DNA of 64,000 nucleotides from Pseudobutyrivibrio sp. GTDB taxonomy: Bacteria; Bacillota; Clostridia; Lachnospirales; Lachnospiraceae. Each line of letters begins with the position of its first letter. Within the stretch, counting starts at the first letter, position 1. Below the pieces are notes generated by a model, which was not told the DNA's origin, did no database searches, and saw only the letters and a program-made list of their open reading frames with translations. The stretch lies in contig NZ_SVEV01000009.1 in assembly GCF_015057185.1 (NCBI RefSeq), positions 19,672 through 83,671 on the forward strand. The letters run 5' to 3'. Below are positions 36,897 to 46,626 of this stretch, piece after piece. The position numbers and the translations under genes are program-made.

Positions 36897-37892
36897 ATGA
36901 AGGTAAATATTTACTATGGCGGGCGAGGTCTACTTGAAGACCCTACACTTTACGTAATTAATAAAATGGAGCAGGTGCTGACGGAGCTTCAGGTCGAGGT
37001 GAAGCTTTACAACATCTACGAACAGAAAAATGCAATTTCTATGCTTCCACAGACATTGAAGGATGCTGATGGAATCATTCTTGCTACCACAGTTGAATGG
37101 CTTGGAATTGGCGGCTATATGAATCAATTCTTGGATGCCTGCTGGCTCTACGCAGACAAAACAGCCCTTGCAACTACATATATGCAGCCTGTGGTTATGT
37201 CCACCACCTACGGGGAGCGAGAGGCAATGGTGACACTTGAGAATGCTTGGGAAATTCTCGGCGGCTTGCCATGCTCTGGTTTTTGCGGCTATGTTGAGGA
37301 TCTCAAGGAATTCAGGGAGAATTCTGAGTATGCCCACATCATTGAGAAAAAGGTGGAGACACTTTATCGTACGATTTCTCAGCATACAAAGGGACTTCCT
37401 ACCAGTAATCAGGCTGTTACACGCAGTATTTCTAGAACTCAGCAGCTGGAGCTTTCTCCACAGGAATCTGAGCAGCTTTCAAAATTTGTTTCCGATGACG
37501 AATATGTTCAGACCCAAAAGGCTGATATTGCCGACCTTAGCAATTTGTTTAGGGACATGATGGGCAAAAAACAAGAGGACAGTTCTAACGAATATATCAG
37601 TGATTTCACAGTTCACTTTGCCGGAAATAAGGAGTTCTATGCAAAGTACCTATTTATGATAGAAGGAAAGCAGCAGCCACTTTTTATTCACGCCAATGGA
37701 CAGCAGCTGGATTGTCACTACGGCAAAGAGGAAAACATTGATGTATACATGAAGCTCACAAGTGGCATCATGGACAATATAGTAGCAGGTCGCGAGACCT
37801 TCCAGAGGGCTTTTTCAGTGGGAGATATGACGGCAAAGGGCAATTTCAAAACCCTTAGGATGCTTGATGAAATTTTCCCATTTTCAAATTAG
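36897..37892 (+). CDS. Flavodoxin-like fold protein fused to an SCP2 sterol-binding-like domain
   Basis: 331 aa. N-terminal NAD(P)H-oxidoreductase/flavodoxin-like pattern (KVNIYYGGRG...ADGIILATTVEW). C-terminal SCP2-like pattern (GDMTAKGNFKTLRMLDEIF). Confidence 0.6.
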   Translation: MKVNIYYGGRGLLEDPTLYVINKMEQVLTELQVEVKLYNIYEQKNAISMLPQTLKDADGIILATTVEWLGIGGYMNQFLDACWLYADKTALATTYMQPVVMSTTYGEREAMVTLENAWEILGGLPCSGFCGYVEDLKEFRENSEYAHIIEKKVETLYRTISQHTKGLPTSNQAVTRSISRTQQLELSPQESEQLSKFVSDDEYVQTQKADIADLSNLFRDMMGKKQEDSSNEYISDFTVHFAGNKEFYAKYLFMIEGKQQPLFIHANGQQLDCHYGKEENIDVYMKLTSGIMDNIVAGRETFQRAFSVGDMTAKGNFKTLRMLDEIFPFSN

Positions 37893-37916
37893 TTAATACA
37901 AATGGAGGATAACGAT

Positions 37917-38333
37917 ATGAAGGACAACAACTGTATTTTTTGTAAATTAGCAAATGGAGATATTCCTACAAATTCTATTTTTGAAGATAATGATTTCAAG
38001 GTAATTTTGGACGCAGACCCAGCTACAAAGGGCCATGCTCTTATTTTGCCAAAGAATCATTTTGCAAACTTATTAGAGGCAGATGATGATGTGCTTGAGA
38101 AGGCATTGCCACTTGCTAAAAAGATTGCAAATAAGATGAAGGCAGAGCTTGGTTGTGCAGGTGTCAACATTGTACAGAATAATGGAGAGGCAGCAGGTCA
38201 GACAGTTCACCATCTCCACATTCACGTTATTCCTAGATATGAGGATGACCCAGACAAGACTATCTGCGGATGGAGCCATCAGTCATTCTCTGAGGAGGAG
38301 ACAGCTGCTGTAGTTAAAAAGCTTTCTATGTAA
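37917..38333 (+). CDS. HIT-family (histidine triad) protein
   Basis: Histidine triad HHLHIHVIPR. ATG 37917 lies 8 nt after SD GGAGG; the listed start 37902 is possible. Confidence 0.9.
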   Translation: MKDNNCIFCKLANGDIPTNSIFEDNDFKVILDADPATKGHALILPKNHFANLLEADDDVLEKALPLAKKIANKMKAELGCAGVNIVQNNGEAAGQTVHHLHIHVIPRYEDDPDKTICGWSHQSFSEEETAAVVKKLSM

Positions 38334-38369
38334 ATTGCATAATTTGTCTAAGCACGGTGGAGGTAGGTT

Positions 38370-39713
38370 ATGAAAAAGAGATTAGTTAGTGCCCTTTTGA
38401 TGGGAACACTTATAGTTAGTTTATTCGGAGCTTGTGGAAATGGTGATTCTGAGGTGGAGGAACCACAGCAGAATCAGGAGGAGCCACAGGAGAATCAAGA
38501 GGAGCCACAGGAGAAAAAGCCTGTAGATGCTAATGTGGAAGTTATTGGAGGTATGGGCGAGTTCAATAGCGCGCTTGTTTCTTATATCGAGGAAAATGGC
38601 TTTGAGAATCAAAACTACATGATTTCTCCAACCTCCTACAGGGCAGCTTTGTGCCTTGCTACTGCTGGTGCAAATGGACAGACGAAACAGGAGCTTTTGG
38701 ATGCTCTGAAATTTGAAAGCGAGGACCAGATGAATGCATGGTATTCAATGGTCTACAATGAGACTGTAGAATTTCAGGATAGCATTCAAGAAGAGATAGA
38801 TTACTTAGAAGAACTTGAAAATGATGAAGACCTCAGAGATATGTATTCTCAAGTGGGCAATGGTCAGCCAGATGGGGCATTCAAGCTTGTAAATTCAATC
38901 TGGGCCAATGAAAGCGGAAACTGTGAATTTACAGACGAATACATTGAAAAAGTAGATGAATTATATTCAGCGACAGCTGATTCTAGACCAGCAGACCAAT
39001 TGACAGATGCTATAAACGAGTGGGTAAATGATTCGACAAATGGTCAGATCTCAAAAATCTCAGATGATTTATCACAGGTGGATTTAGCATTGATAAATGC
39101 CTTATATTTGCGTGCTGGCTGGAAAGATAAATTCTATGAAGATGCCACAGAAAAGGGCAAGTTTACAACGTTTGATGGAGCCACAACTCAAAAGGACTTC
39201 ATGTGTAGACAGGATGACATCCTATATTATGAGGAAGAAGGCGGAAAGCTTATTATTCTCCCTCTTGATTACGGTGTAAAATCTGCATTTATCCTCGGGG
39301 AAATATCCGATATCGACAAGGCATTATCTGAGGCTACAGAGCTTGAGGTGGATGTTCGACTTCCAAAAATCGATATGGAAAGCGAATTTGGCAAAGAAGA
39401 ATTAATTGGATTTTTACAGGACCAGGGTGTAGAATTAGCTTTCAGAGATGATGGCTCAGCAGATTTTTCTATCATGAGTAATCTGCCAGTTTACATTGAT
39501 GATATCATCCAAAAAACAAAGATAAAGACAGATGAGGATGGCATTGAGGCAGCTGCTGTAACTATTGTTGCCATGATGGAGGCTACAGCTGCGATGCCTG
39601 AGGAACAAGAGGTCAAGGAATTCTATGCGGACGAGCCATTCCAATTCTTGATTTATACAGACCTTGAAAATAGTGAGAATGAGATTCTCTTCTATGGACA
39701 GGTAGTAGAGTAA
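38370..39713 (+). CDS. Serpin-family protease inhibitor, predicted lipoprotein
   Basis: 447 aa. Signal peptide ending LFGAC (lipobox-like). Serpin core, hinge EDGIEAAAVT and C-terminal EPFQFLIY motif. Confidence 0.85.
   Translation: MKKRLVSALLMGTLIVSLFGACGNGDSEVEEPQQNQEEPQENQEEPQEKKPVDANVEVIGGMGEFNSALVSYIEENGFENQNYMISPTSYRAALCLATAGANGQTKQELLDALKFESEDQMNAWYSMVYNETVEFQDSIQEEIDYLEELENDEDLRDMYSQVGNGQPDGAFKLVNSIWANESGNCEFTDEYIEKVDELYSATADSRPADQLTDAINEWVNDSTNGQISKISDDLSQVDLALINALYLRAGWKDKFYEDATEKGKFTTFDGATTQKDFMCRQDDILYYEEEGGKLIILPLDYGVKSAFILGEISDIDKALSEATELEVDVRLPKIDMESEFGKEELIGFLQDQGVELAFRDDGSADFSIMSNLPVYIDDIIQKTKIKTDEDGIEAAAVTIVAMMEATAAMPEEQEVKEFYADEPFQFLIYTDLENSENEILFYGQVVE
38457..38519 (+). 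repeat. 3 x 21-bp in-frame tandem repeat (EEPQxNQ) in the serpin N-terminal linker
   Basis: gaggaaccacagcagaatcag / gaggagccacaggagaatcaa / gaggagccacaggagaaaaag. Confidence 0.9.
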
Positions 39714-39733
39714 TATTAGAAAAGAGATTTTAT

Positions 39734-40798
39734 ATGAAGAAAATAGTTATGACTGGCGGCGGTACAGCCGGTCATGTAACACCAAATTTAGCATTGCTAC
39801 CATTTTTAAAGGAGGCAGGCTACGAAGTATATTACATCGGTTCCTACACAGGAATTGAGAAGAAATTAGTAGAGAATGCTGGAGTTACCTACTATGGTAT
39901 TTCATCAGGTAAGCTCAGACGTTACCATGATTGGAAGAATTTTACAGACCCATTTAGAGTAATAAAGGGCTTTTCTGAGGCCAACCAGCTATTAAAGCAT
40001 TTGAAGCCAGACGTAGTATTTTCAAAGGGCGGATTTGTATCAGTGCCAGTTGTTATGGCAGCAGCAAGACAACATATTCCAGCAATTATCCATGAGTCTG
40101 ACATGACTCCAGGTCTTGCTAATAAGCTTGCAATACCATTTGCATCAAAGGTATGCTGCAATTTTCCAGAGACAATGCAATATTTGCCAGAGGGCAAGGC
40201 TGTACACACAGGCTCACCTATTCGTCAGGAATTATTTAGTGGTGACCGCAAAAGAGGCCTTGAATTTACAGGATTTAATGAGAACAAACCTGTAATTCTT
40301 ATTATGGGCGGCAGCATTGGCTCAAAGTTTATAAATAACGCAGTTTGGGATTCTCTAGATACACTTTTACAGGATTTCCAGATTGTTCATTTGGTCGGAA
40401 AAGGAAATATCAACAATGACCTTACTGGTAAAGAGGGTTATCAACAATATGAGTTCATTAGTGAACAGCTGAATGATATTTTTGCTATGACTGACCTTAT
40501 GATTAGCCGTGCAGGAGCTAATTCAATCAGCGAAATTTTAGCATTAAAGATACCGAATATTCTAATTCCACTTTCTGCTCAGGCCAGCCGTGGTGACCAG
40601 ATATTAAATGCACAAAGCTATGAAAAACAGGGCTTTTCTACTGTTTTACAGGAAGAAGAATTGACAGGAGAATTGTTAATTTCTTCAGTAAAAAAGGTCT
40701 ACGCAGACAGAGAAAATATCAAAGAAAAAATGGAATCAAGCCATTTGTTAGATGCAAACAAAACAATCCTTGATTTGATTACAGCTTTGAACAAGTAA
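39734..40798 (+). CDS. murG: Undecaprenyldiphospho-muramoylpentapeptide beta-N-acetylglucosaminyltransferase
   Basis: 354 aa. N-terminal GGGTAGHVTP and a typical MurG C-terminal domain. Confidence 0.94.
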   Translation: MKKIVMTGGGTAGHVTPNLALLPFLKEAGYEVYYIGSYTGIEKKLVENAGVTYYGISSGKLRRYHDWKNFTDPFRVIKGFSEANQLLKHLKPDVVFSKGGFVSVPVVMAAARQHIPAIIHESDMTPGLANKLAIPFASKVCCNFPETMQYLPEGKAVHTGSPIRQELFSGDRKRGLEFTGFNENKPVILIMGGSIGSKFINNAVWDSLDTLLQDFQIVHLVGKGNINNDLTGKEGYQQYEFISEQLNDIFAMTDLMISRAGANSISEILALKIPNILIPLSAQASRGDQILNAQSYEKQGFSTVLQEEELTGELLISSVKKVYADRENIKEKMESSHLLDANKTILDLITALNK

Positions 40799-40820
40799 CA
40801 GATATTCAATGGAGAAAAAT

Positions 40821-41177
40821 ATGAAGATTCTAATTGTTGACGATGAAATATTTGCAAGAAGAACCCTTCAAAGATTGTTAACTCATGACGATGATTCTAT
40901 AGAGATTATTGAGGCCGAAGATTGTTATGACGCGTATGCAATGTATGAAGAATTTAGGCCGGATCTTGTAATAACAGATATCATGATGAAAGGTGGAATC
41001 GGTGGCGAATGGCTTATCGAGAAAATCCTTACATTAGATAAAAATGCAAAAATAATTGTATGCTCTGGACGTCAAAAAACAGAGCTACTTAAGTACAAGC
41101 TAATGGGTGCGAAGCATTGTCTTCAAAAACCTGTAAAATACGATGAATTATGGGAATGTATTAACGATATTTTGTAA
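40821..41177 (+). CDS. Single-domain response regulator (CheY-like receiver)
   Basis: MKILIVDDE...DLVITDIMM. Receiver domain only, with no output domain. ATG 40821 lies 6 nt after GGAG. Confidence 0.85.
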   Translation: MKILIVDDEIFARRTLQRLLTHDDDSIEIIEAEDCYDAYAMYEEFRPDLVITDIMMKGGIGGEWLIEKILTLDKNAKIIVCSGRQKTELLKYKLMGAKHCLQKPVKYDELWECINDIL

Positions 41178-41192
41178 CAAAAATCGCTAAAT

Positions 41193-41221
41193 TTGACAAA
41201 AAATCGTAAGAATGCTATATT
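41193..41221 (+). promoter_or_regulatory. Sigma-A type promoter upstream of the SleB-like hydrolase
   Basis: TTGACA (41193-41198), 17-nt spacer, TGcTATATT (-10 at 41216-21). Confidence 0.65.
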
Positions 41222-41291
41222 ACCTTTTGTAACAAAATTGTAATAACTTATTATTTTTTGTAAGAAATAAGAAATTCAACAATGGAGGCTT

Positions 41292-42485
41292 ATGATTAAA
41301 TTTAGCGATAATCTTACTGCAATGTACATAAAAAACAGAAAATATATTAACAAGTGTACCATGCAGGGAGTGGCTCTTTTAGCAGCATCATCCCTTTTAG
41401 TTGCCGGAGCAATTGAGAATGCACCAGACAATCAGGCATATACTGCTTATTATGATATGGAACCAGCAAAAACAGCAGGCGTAGCTTCTGCAGTTTCTAG
41501 TGTTCAGCTTTCATCAGGAGAGTCAGACTTAGTTTATGAGTCAGCGGATGTTACAGTCGTTGCGGCTACTACTGATCAGGTAGAGCCAGACACTAGTGAT
41601 GAATATGACGAGTGGGCAGACAAGGTCATGGCAAATGTAGATGAATATCTTTACATTCGCGCCGAGGATGACCAGAGTGCAGAGGCTATCGGAAAGCTTC
41701 GCGCTGGTGATGTTGCTACACTTGTTGATGTTTTTGATGGTTGGTACGAGATTGAGTCAGGTAATGCTCATGGATTCGTATCAGCAGATTACTGTGTAAC
41801 AGGAATCGAAGCATACAACCTTGCAATGGATGTATGTTCTACATATGCTACAACAGACGTAGCTGGTCTTCGCATTAGAGAGGACGCATCAGAGGATGCC
41901 AAAATCCTCAAGGTCGTTCCACAGGGAACAAAGCTTACTGTTAATTCTGACGCAGAAGAGATTGATGGTTGGGTAGCTGTATCATATTCTGGTACATCAG
42001 GATATGTAAAGGCTGACTATGTCCAGGTTGACATGGTTACAGGCGAGGCAATCACTCTCGAGGAAGAGGCAGAGGCTATCGCAGCAGCAGAGGCAGCTGC
42101 AGCAGCTGCAAAGGAGCAGGCTGCTCAGGCAGCAGCTCAGAACCAGGCTGTTATTGATTCAGCAGATGATGTTACACTTCTTGCAGCAATCATCCAGATT
42201 GAGGCAGGAAATGAGATGTACGAAGGACAGGTAGCTGTAGGCGCTGTTGTTATGAACAGAGTATACAGTGGTTCATATGCAAACTCAGTTAGTGGTGTTA
42301 TTTTCCAGCGCGGACAGTTTGCTACATCACGTATGTCATCAGTTATCTCTAGAGGAGTTAAATCTTCTTGCGTACAGGCTGCTCAGGAAGCAATGGCAGG
42401 CTCTGATCCAACTGGCGGACTTACACACTTTAGACGTGCAGGTTCAAAGGAAGGTCTCATTATCGGAAACCATGTTTTCTACTAA
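41292..42485 (+). CDS. Secreted SH3-domain cell-wall hydrolase (SleB/CwlJ Hydrolase_2 family)
   Basis: 397 aa. Signal/anchor sequence, two SH3-like repeats (GWYEIESGNAHGFV; GWVAVSYSGTSGYV), an Ala/Gln linker and a C-terminal LLAAIIQIEAGNE...GAVVMNRV...VIFQRGQF motif. Confidence 0.82.
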   Translation: MIKFSDNLTAMYIKNRKYINKCTMQGVALLAASSLLVAGAIENAPDNQAYTAYYDMEPAKTAGVASAVSSVQLSSGESDLVYESADVTVVAATTDQVEPDTSDEYDEWADKVMANVDEYLYIRAEDDQSAEAIGKLRAGDVATLVDVFDGWYEIESGNAHGFVSADYCVTGIEAYNLAMDVCSTYATTDVAGLRIREDASEDAKILKVVPQGTKLTVNSDAEEIDGWVAVSYSGTSGYVKADYVQVDMVTGEAITLEEEAEAIAAAEAAAAAAKEQAAQAAAQNQAVIDSADDVTLLAAIIQIEAGNEMYEGQVAVGAVVMNRVYSGSYANSVSGVIFQRGQFATSRMSSVISRGVKSSCVQAAQEAMAGSDPTGGLTHFRRAGSKEGLIIGNHVFY

Positions 42486-42554
42486 AATGATTAAATAAAC
42501 ATATAGCCAGTGTATCTGTTTGCTATATTGATTAATAATTATTGAATATTTTAT

Positions 42555-42584
42555 AGCTCTTGGTATTTACCCAAGAGCTATTTT
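42555..42584 (+). terminator. Rho-independent terminator
   Basis: Stem agctcttgg/ccaagagct with a 7-nt loop and TTTT. Confidence 0.75.
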
Positions 42585-42591
42585 GGTATAT

Positions 42592-42630
42592 AATGCATAA
42601 TAAATCACTATTAATGTATATTTATGCAAT
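42592..42630 (+). promoter_or_regulatory. Tandem ARG boxes (ArgR/AhrC operator) overlapping the argF promoter
   Basis: Two 18-mers, aaTGCATaataAATCAct (42592-42609) and aaTGTATatttATGCAat (42613-42630), separated by 3 bp. Each half-site has one mismatch to TGAAT/ATTCA. TATAAT at 42589-42594; -35 TTTACC at 42566-42571. Confidence 0.55.
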
Positions 42631-42647
42631 GAAAATGGAGGTACGTT

Positions 42648-43643
42648 ATGGACTTAAAGGGAAAAAACTTTTTGAAAATGTTGGACTTTTCAACTGAAGA
42701 AATCAATTATCTTATTGATTTGTCGTTAAGACTTAAGGATGAAAAGAAAAAAGGTGTATCACAGACTAGCTATATGACTGGCAAAAATATTGCCCTTATT
42801 TTTGAAAAGACGTCTACACGTACCCGTTGTTCATTTGAAGTAGCTGCACATGACATGGGGGCTCACGTTACATATCTAGACCCATCAGGTTCTCAGATCG
42901 GCAAAAAAGAATCAATCGCTGATACAGCTCGCGTATTAGGTCGTATGTACGACGGTATTGAATATCGTGGCTTTGAGCAGGAAAAGGTAGAAGCTCTTGC
43001 TAAGTATGCCGGGGTGCCAGTATGGAACGGACTTACAAATGAGTCTCACCCTACACAGATGATTGCCGACATGATGTCTATTAAGGAAAAGTTTGGCAAA
43101 TTAAAGGGAATAAAATTTGTATATATGGGTGATGCTCGTTATAATATGGGTAACTCACTTATGGTTACTTGCGCAAAGCTTGGAATGGATTTTGTGGCAT
43201 GCACTAACAAGAAATATTTCCCAGAGGAAGCTCTTGTAGCAAAATGCCAGGAAATCGCAAAGGAGACAGGTGCAACAATTACTTTAACAGAGGATGTTGC
43301 AGCAGGCTGCAAGGATGCAGATGTAATCTATACTGACGTATGGGTTTCAATGGGAGAGCCAGCAGATGTATGGGCTGAGCGAATCAAGGATTTATCTCCT
43401 TATCAGGTAAACGCTGAGGCTTTCTCATATGCTAAATCAACAGCAGTATTTATGCATTGCCTTCCAGCATTCCATGATTTAAATACAACAATTGGCAAGG
43501 AAATATATGAGCAGTTTGGTATCGACTGTATGGAAGTTACCGACGAAATATTTGAAAGCGAGCGTTCAATAGTTTTTGATGAAGCTGAAAATCGTATGCA
43601 TTCAATCAAGGCTGTTATGTACGCAACATTAGGAAATGCTTAA
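42648..43643 (+). CDS. argF: Ornithine carbamoyltransferase
   Basis: 331 aa. Motifs [13 protein letters not shown] and HCLPA. Confidence 0.95.
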   Translation: MDLKGKNFLKMLDFSTEEINYLIDLSLRLKDEKKKGVSQTSYMTGKNIALIFEKTSTRTRCSFEVAAHDMGAHVTYLDPSGSQIGKKESIADTARVLGRMYDGIEYRGFEQEKVEALAKYAGVPVWNGLTNESHPTQMIADMMSIKEKFGKLKGIKFVYMGDARYNMGNSLMVTCAKLGMDFVACTNKKYFPEEALVAKCQEIAKETGATITLTEDVAAGCKDADVIYTDVWVSMGEPADVWAERIKDLSPYQVNAEAFSYAKSTAVFMHCLPAFHDLNTTIGKEIYEQFGIDCMEVTDEIFESERSIVFDEAENRMHSIKAVMYATLGNA

Positions 43644-44406
43644 AGAAATTACTTACGAATACTATGAATCTGTTGATTCTACCAACGACAGAATAAAGGA
43701 ACAAGCTAGACTAGGAGCTGAGGAAGGACTTGTTATTTCCGCTGGCCATCAGACTGCAGGCAAGGGAAGAATAGGCAGGAAATGGGAATCACCTACCCAT
43801 GATTCTATTTCCACATCAATGCTGCTTAGACCTAGCGACATCTCATTGGAGGCAATCCCTACCATTACAGTGGTTGCAGCCATGGCAGTAAGAGACGCAA
43901 TTAGCCGTCTTTATGGATTAGAGGGCCAAATCAAATGGCCAAATGACATTGTATTGAATGGCAAGAAAATATGCGGCATTCTCACTGAAATGGAAATGCG
44001 CGAAAATAAGGTTTGGTACGTTGTCGTTGGAATAGGTGTTAATGTACACAATAAAAATTTCCCTGAGGAAATAGCTTTTAAAGCCACTTCAGTAGATTTA
44101 GAGCTTGAGAAAACTACAGGCGGAGTTGGACATAGAAGCCAACTTACAAAAGAGATATGGATAAGTTTTCAAAAGTATTATAATATTTTCATCGAGACTC
44201 AAGACATGTCAGGACTCAAGGAAGAATACGAAAGATATCTTGCCAACAGAGGAAATCGTGTTAGAATAGAGGCTCAGGAAGATTCTTATGAGGCAATCGC
44301 TCTTGGTATCACAAACAGGGGTGAGCTCATAATTGAGGTAGAAGGAGAGGAAAGGATTGTTCGCACTGGAGAGGTTTCCGTGCGAGGAATATACGGATAC
44401 ACCTAA
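43636..44406 (+). CDS. birA: Biotin--[acetyl-CoA-carboxylase] ligase (no N-terminal HTH, group I)
   Basis: 256 aa. Motifs GKGRIGRKW and KWPNDI. Lacks a DNA-binding domain. Confidence 0.9.
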   Translation: MLKEITYEYYESVDSTNDRIKEQARLGAEEGLVISAGHQTAGKGRIGRKWESPTHDSISTSMLLRPSDISLEAIPTITVVAAMAVRDAISRLYGLEGQIKWPNDIVLNGKKICGILTEMEMRENKVWYVVVGIGVNVHNKNFPEEIAFKATSVDLELEKTTGGVGHRSQLTKEIWISFQKYYNIFIETQDMSGLKEEYERYLANRGNRVRIEAQEDSYEAIALGITNRGELIIEVEGEERIVRTGEVSVRGIYGYT

Positions 44407-44732
44407 TGGAAGAAGAAACAGTTTTGTGCGGCGCCAGCTGCTACACTAAGAAATTTTATTTGAATCCGGAATTTGAGGGACTTCCACCTATGATAAAGGA
44501 CGAGCTCAAGGTTATGTGTGTCCTTTACACAGAGGAGGTCAGCGGTACTATTCAGATGATTTATGATGAGGATGGTACTCTTCGAATCGAGGTTGACCAC
44601 AATGAGGACGATTTATTGTATGATGAAATCGGCTCGGCTCTTGAGGTTAAAAGAATGCAGCGTGAGCGCATGGAGTTATTCGAGGCGCTTGAGACATATT
44701 ACAAAGTAGTTTTTCTAGGCGAGGGAATGTAA
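44406..44732 (+). CDS. Conserved hypothetical protein
   Basis: 108 aa acidic ORF, translationally coupled on both sides (TAATG and TAAATG junctions). Confidence 0.6.
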   Translation: MEEETVLCGASCYTKKFYLNPEFEGLPPMIKDELKVMCVLYTEEVSGTIQMIYDEDGTLRIEVDHNEDDLLYDEIGSALEVKRMQRERMELFEALETYYKVVFLGEGM

Positions 44733-45503
44733 ATGTTACTTACAATTGATGTTGGAAATACAAATATTACAATGGGTGTTTTTGATGGTTCAGACTTATT
44801 AGGAAACTTCAGAATCACTACCAAAATTAATCGTACATCGGACGAATTTGGAATCACTATCCGTGAAATACTTCGTTCCAACGATTTGGATTATTCAAAT
44901 ATTGATGATGTTATCATCGCATCTGTTGTACCAAACGTAATGCATTCTCTTACAAGTTCAATCATAAAATATTTTGATATTCAGCCAATCATTGTTGAAG
45001 CAGGAATTAAGACAGGCATTAGAATTGCAACAGAGAATCCAAAGCAGATTGGTGCAGACCGTATCGTAGATGCAGCAGGTGCTTATGAGCTTTACGGTGG
45101 CCCAGTGCTTGTTATTGATTTTGGCACAGCTACCACATATGACCTTGTAGATGACAAGGGTGCATTTGTATCAGGTGTTACAGCACCAGGTATCAGAATC
45201 AGTGCCAGGGCTCTTTGGGAGGATGCTGCAAAGCTTCCAGAAATTGAAATTAAAAAGCCTGAAAAGATTCTTGCTAAGGAGACAATTTCTTCTATGCAGG
45301 CTGGTCTTGTTTATGGACAAATTGGTCAGACAGAATACATTGTCAAAAACATGATTAAAGAGAGTGGCTACGAAAATGTAAAGGTTGTTGCTACTGGTGG
45401 ATTGGGCAATTTGATTGCTAGCGAGACACAGTGCATCGATATTTACAATCCAAACCTTACTCTTTACGGTATGAAATTTATTTACGATAAGCAAAAGAGA
45501 TAA
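44733..45503 (+). CDS. coaX: Type III pantothenate kinase
   Basis: 256 aa. Motifs [14 protein letters not shown] and DFGTATT. Confidence 0.94.
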   Translation: MLLTIDVGNTNITMGVFDGSDLLGNFRITTKINRTSDEFGITIREILRSNDLDYSNIDDVIIASVVPNVMHSLTSSIIKYFDIQPIIVEAGIKTGIRIATENPKQIGADRIVDAAGAYELYGGPVLVIDFGTATTYDLVDDKGAFVSGVTAPGIRISARALWEDAAKLPEIEIKKPEKILAKETISSMQAGLVYGQIGQTEYIVKNMIKESGYENVKVVATGGLGNLIASETQCIDIYNPNLTLYGMKFIYDKQKR

Positions 45504-46480
45504 TGATAGAAAAATTACAAATCGGAAACGTAACTTTAGATAATAATTTAATTTTGGCTCCAATGGCAGGCGTAACAGACCTGCCATTTCGCTTGCTCTG
45601 CAAAGAACAGGGTGCAGCACTTTGCTGCATGGAAATGGTTAGTGCCAAAGGTATTTTATACAACAACAAAAACACTGAGAGCCTTCTTACAGTAGACGAA
45701 AGAGAGCGACCAGTTAGCTTACAGTTGTTTGGCTCAGACCCAGAGATAATGGGAGCAATGGCTGCCAAAATTGAGCATAGAAACTTTGATATTTTAGATA
45801 TAAATATGGGCTGCCCCGTGCCAAAGGTTGTTAATAATGGCGATGGCTCCGCTCTTATGAAGAACCCAGTGCTTGCGGGAAAAATCATCGAGAGCATGGT
45901 AAAGGCAATTAAAAAGCCTGTCACTGTCAAAATCAGAAAAGGATTTGATGATGACCATATTAATGCTGTTGAGATGGCCCATGTGGCAGAAGAGTCAGGT
46001 GCAGCAGCAATAGCTGTTCACGGCCGTACCAGAGAGCAGTTTTATTCTGGAAAGGCAGATTGGAGCATTATTGCAGATGTAAAATCAGCAGTTAAGATTC
46101 CTGTTATTGGAAATGGTGACATTCTTGATGCAAAGGATGTTATTGCAATGAAGGAACAGACAGGCTGCGATGGCTTTATGATTGGTAGAGGTGCTCAGGG
46201 AAATCCTTGGATTTTCCATCAGATTCTCCATTACTTTGAGACAGGAGAATTGATTGGAAAACCACCAATGGAAGAGATGGTGCAGACCATGCTACGCCAC
46301 GCAAAGCTTCAAATAGAATTCAAGGGAGATTACCTTGGAATCAGAGAAATGAGAAAGCACGCAGCATGGTATACAGCAGGCTACAAGGGAGCAAGCAAAT
46401 TAAGAGGTCGCATTAACGATGTGGAATCCTACGAAGAGCTAGAGCAGTTATTTAATGAGTTTCTAGAAACATACTGCTAA
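45503..46480 (+). CDS. dusB: tRNA-dihydrouridine synthase B
   Basis: 325 aa. Motifs LAPMAGVTD, DINMGCP and VHGRTR. Confidence 0.94.
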   Translation: MIEKLQIGNVTLDNNLILAPMAGVTDLPFRLLCKEQGAALCCMEMVSAKGILYNNKNTESLLTVDERERPVSLQLFGSDPEIMGAMAAKIEHRNFDILDINMGCPVPKVVNNGDGSALMKNPVLAGKIIESMVKAIKKPVTVKIRKGFDDDHINAVEMAHVAEESGAAAIAVHGRTREQFYSGKADWSIIADVKSAVKIPVIGNGDILDAKDVIAMKEQTGCDGFMIGRGAQGNPWIFHQILHYFETGELIGKPPMEEMVQTMLRHAKLQIEFKGDYLGIREMRKHAAWYTAGYKGASKLRGRINDVESYEELEQLFNEFLETYC

Positions 46481-46517
46481 GTTATTTTGAATATTCTATG
46501 AATAGTTTTAGGACTCC

Positions 46518-46546
46518 TTGACATCAATATGTGTGTGGCTTATAAT
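46518..46546 (+). promoter_or_regulatory. Consensus sigma-A promoter of greA
   Basis: TTGACA (46518-46523), exactly 17 nt, TATAAT (46541-46546). Confidence 0.75.
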
Positions 46547-46626
46547 TCACTAAGTTATTGAAATTTATGAGTTTTTGCATTGCAAAGCTCTTAGACAAAT
46601 ATATCCGAAGGGGAAAGGAAAATAAT

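Noticed and set aside
46558-46626. The longer TTG-initiated GreA ORF starting at 46558.
   Set aside because: The consensus promoter's -10 ends at 46546, so the transcript would start about 46553. ATG 46627 gives the canonical GreA N-terminus.
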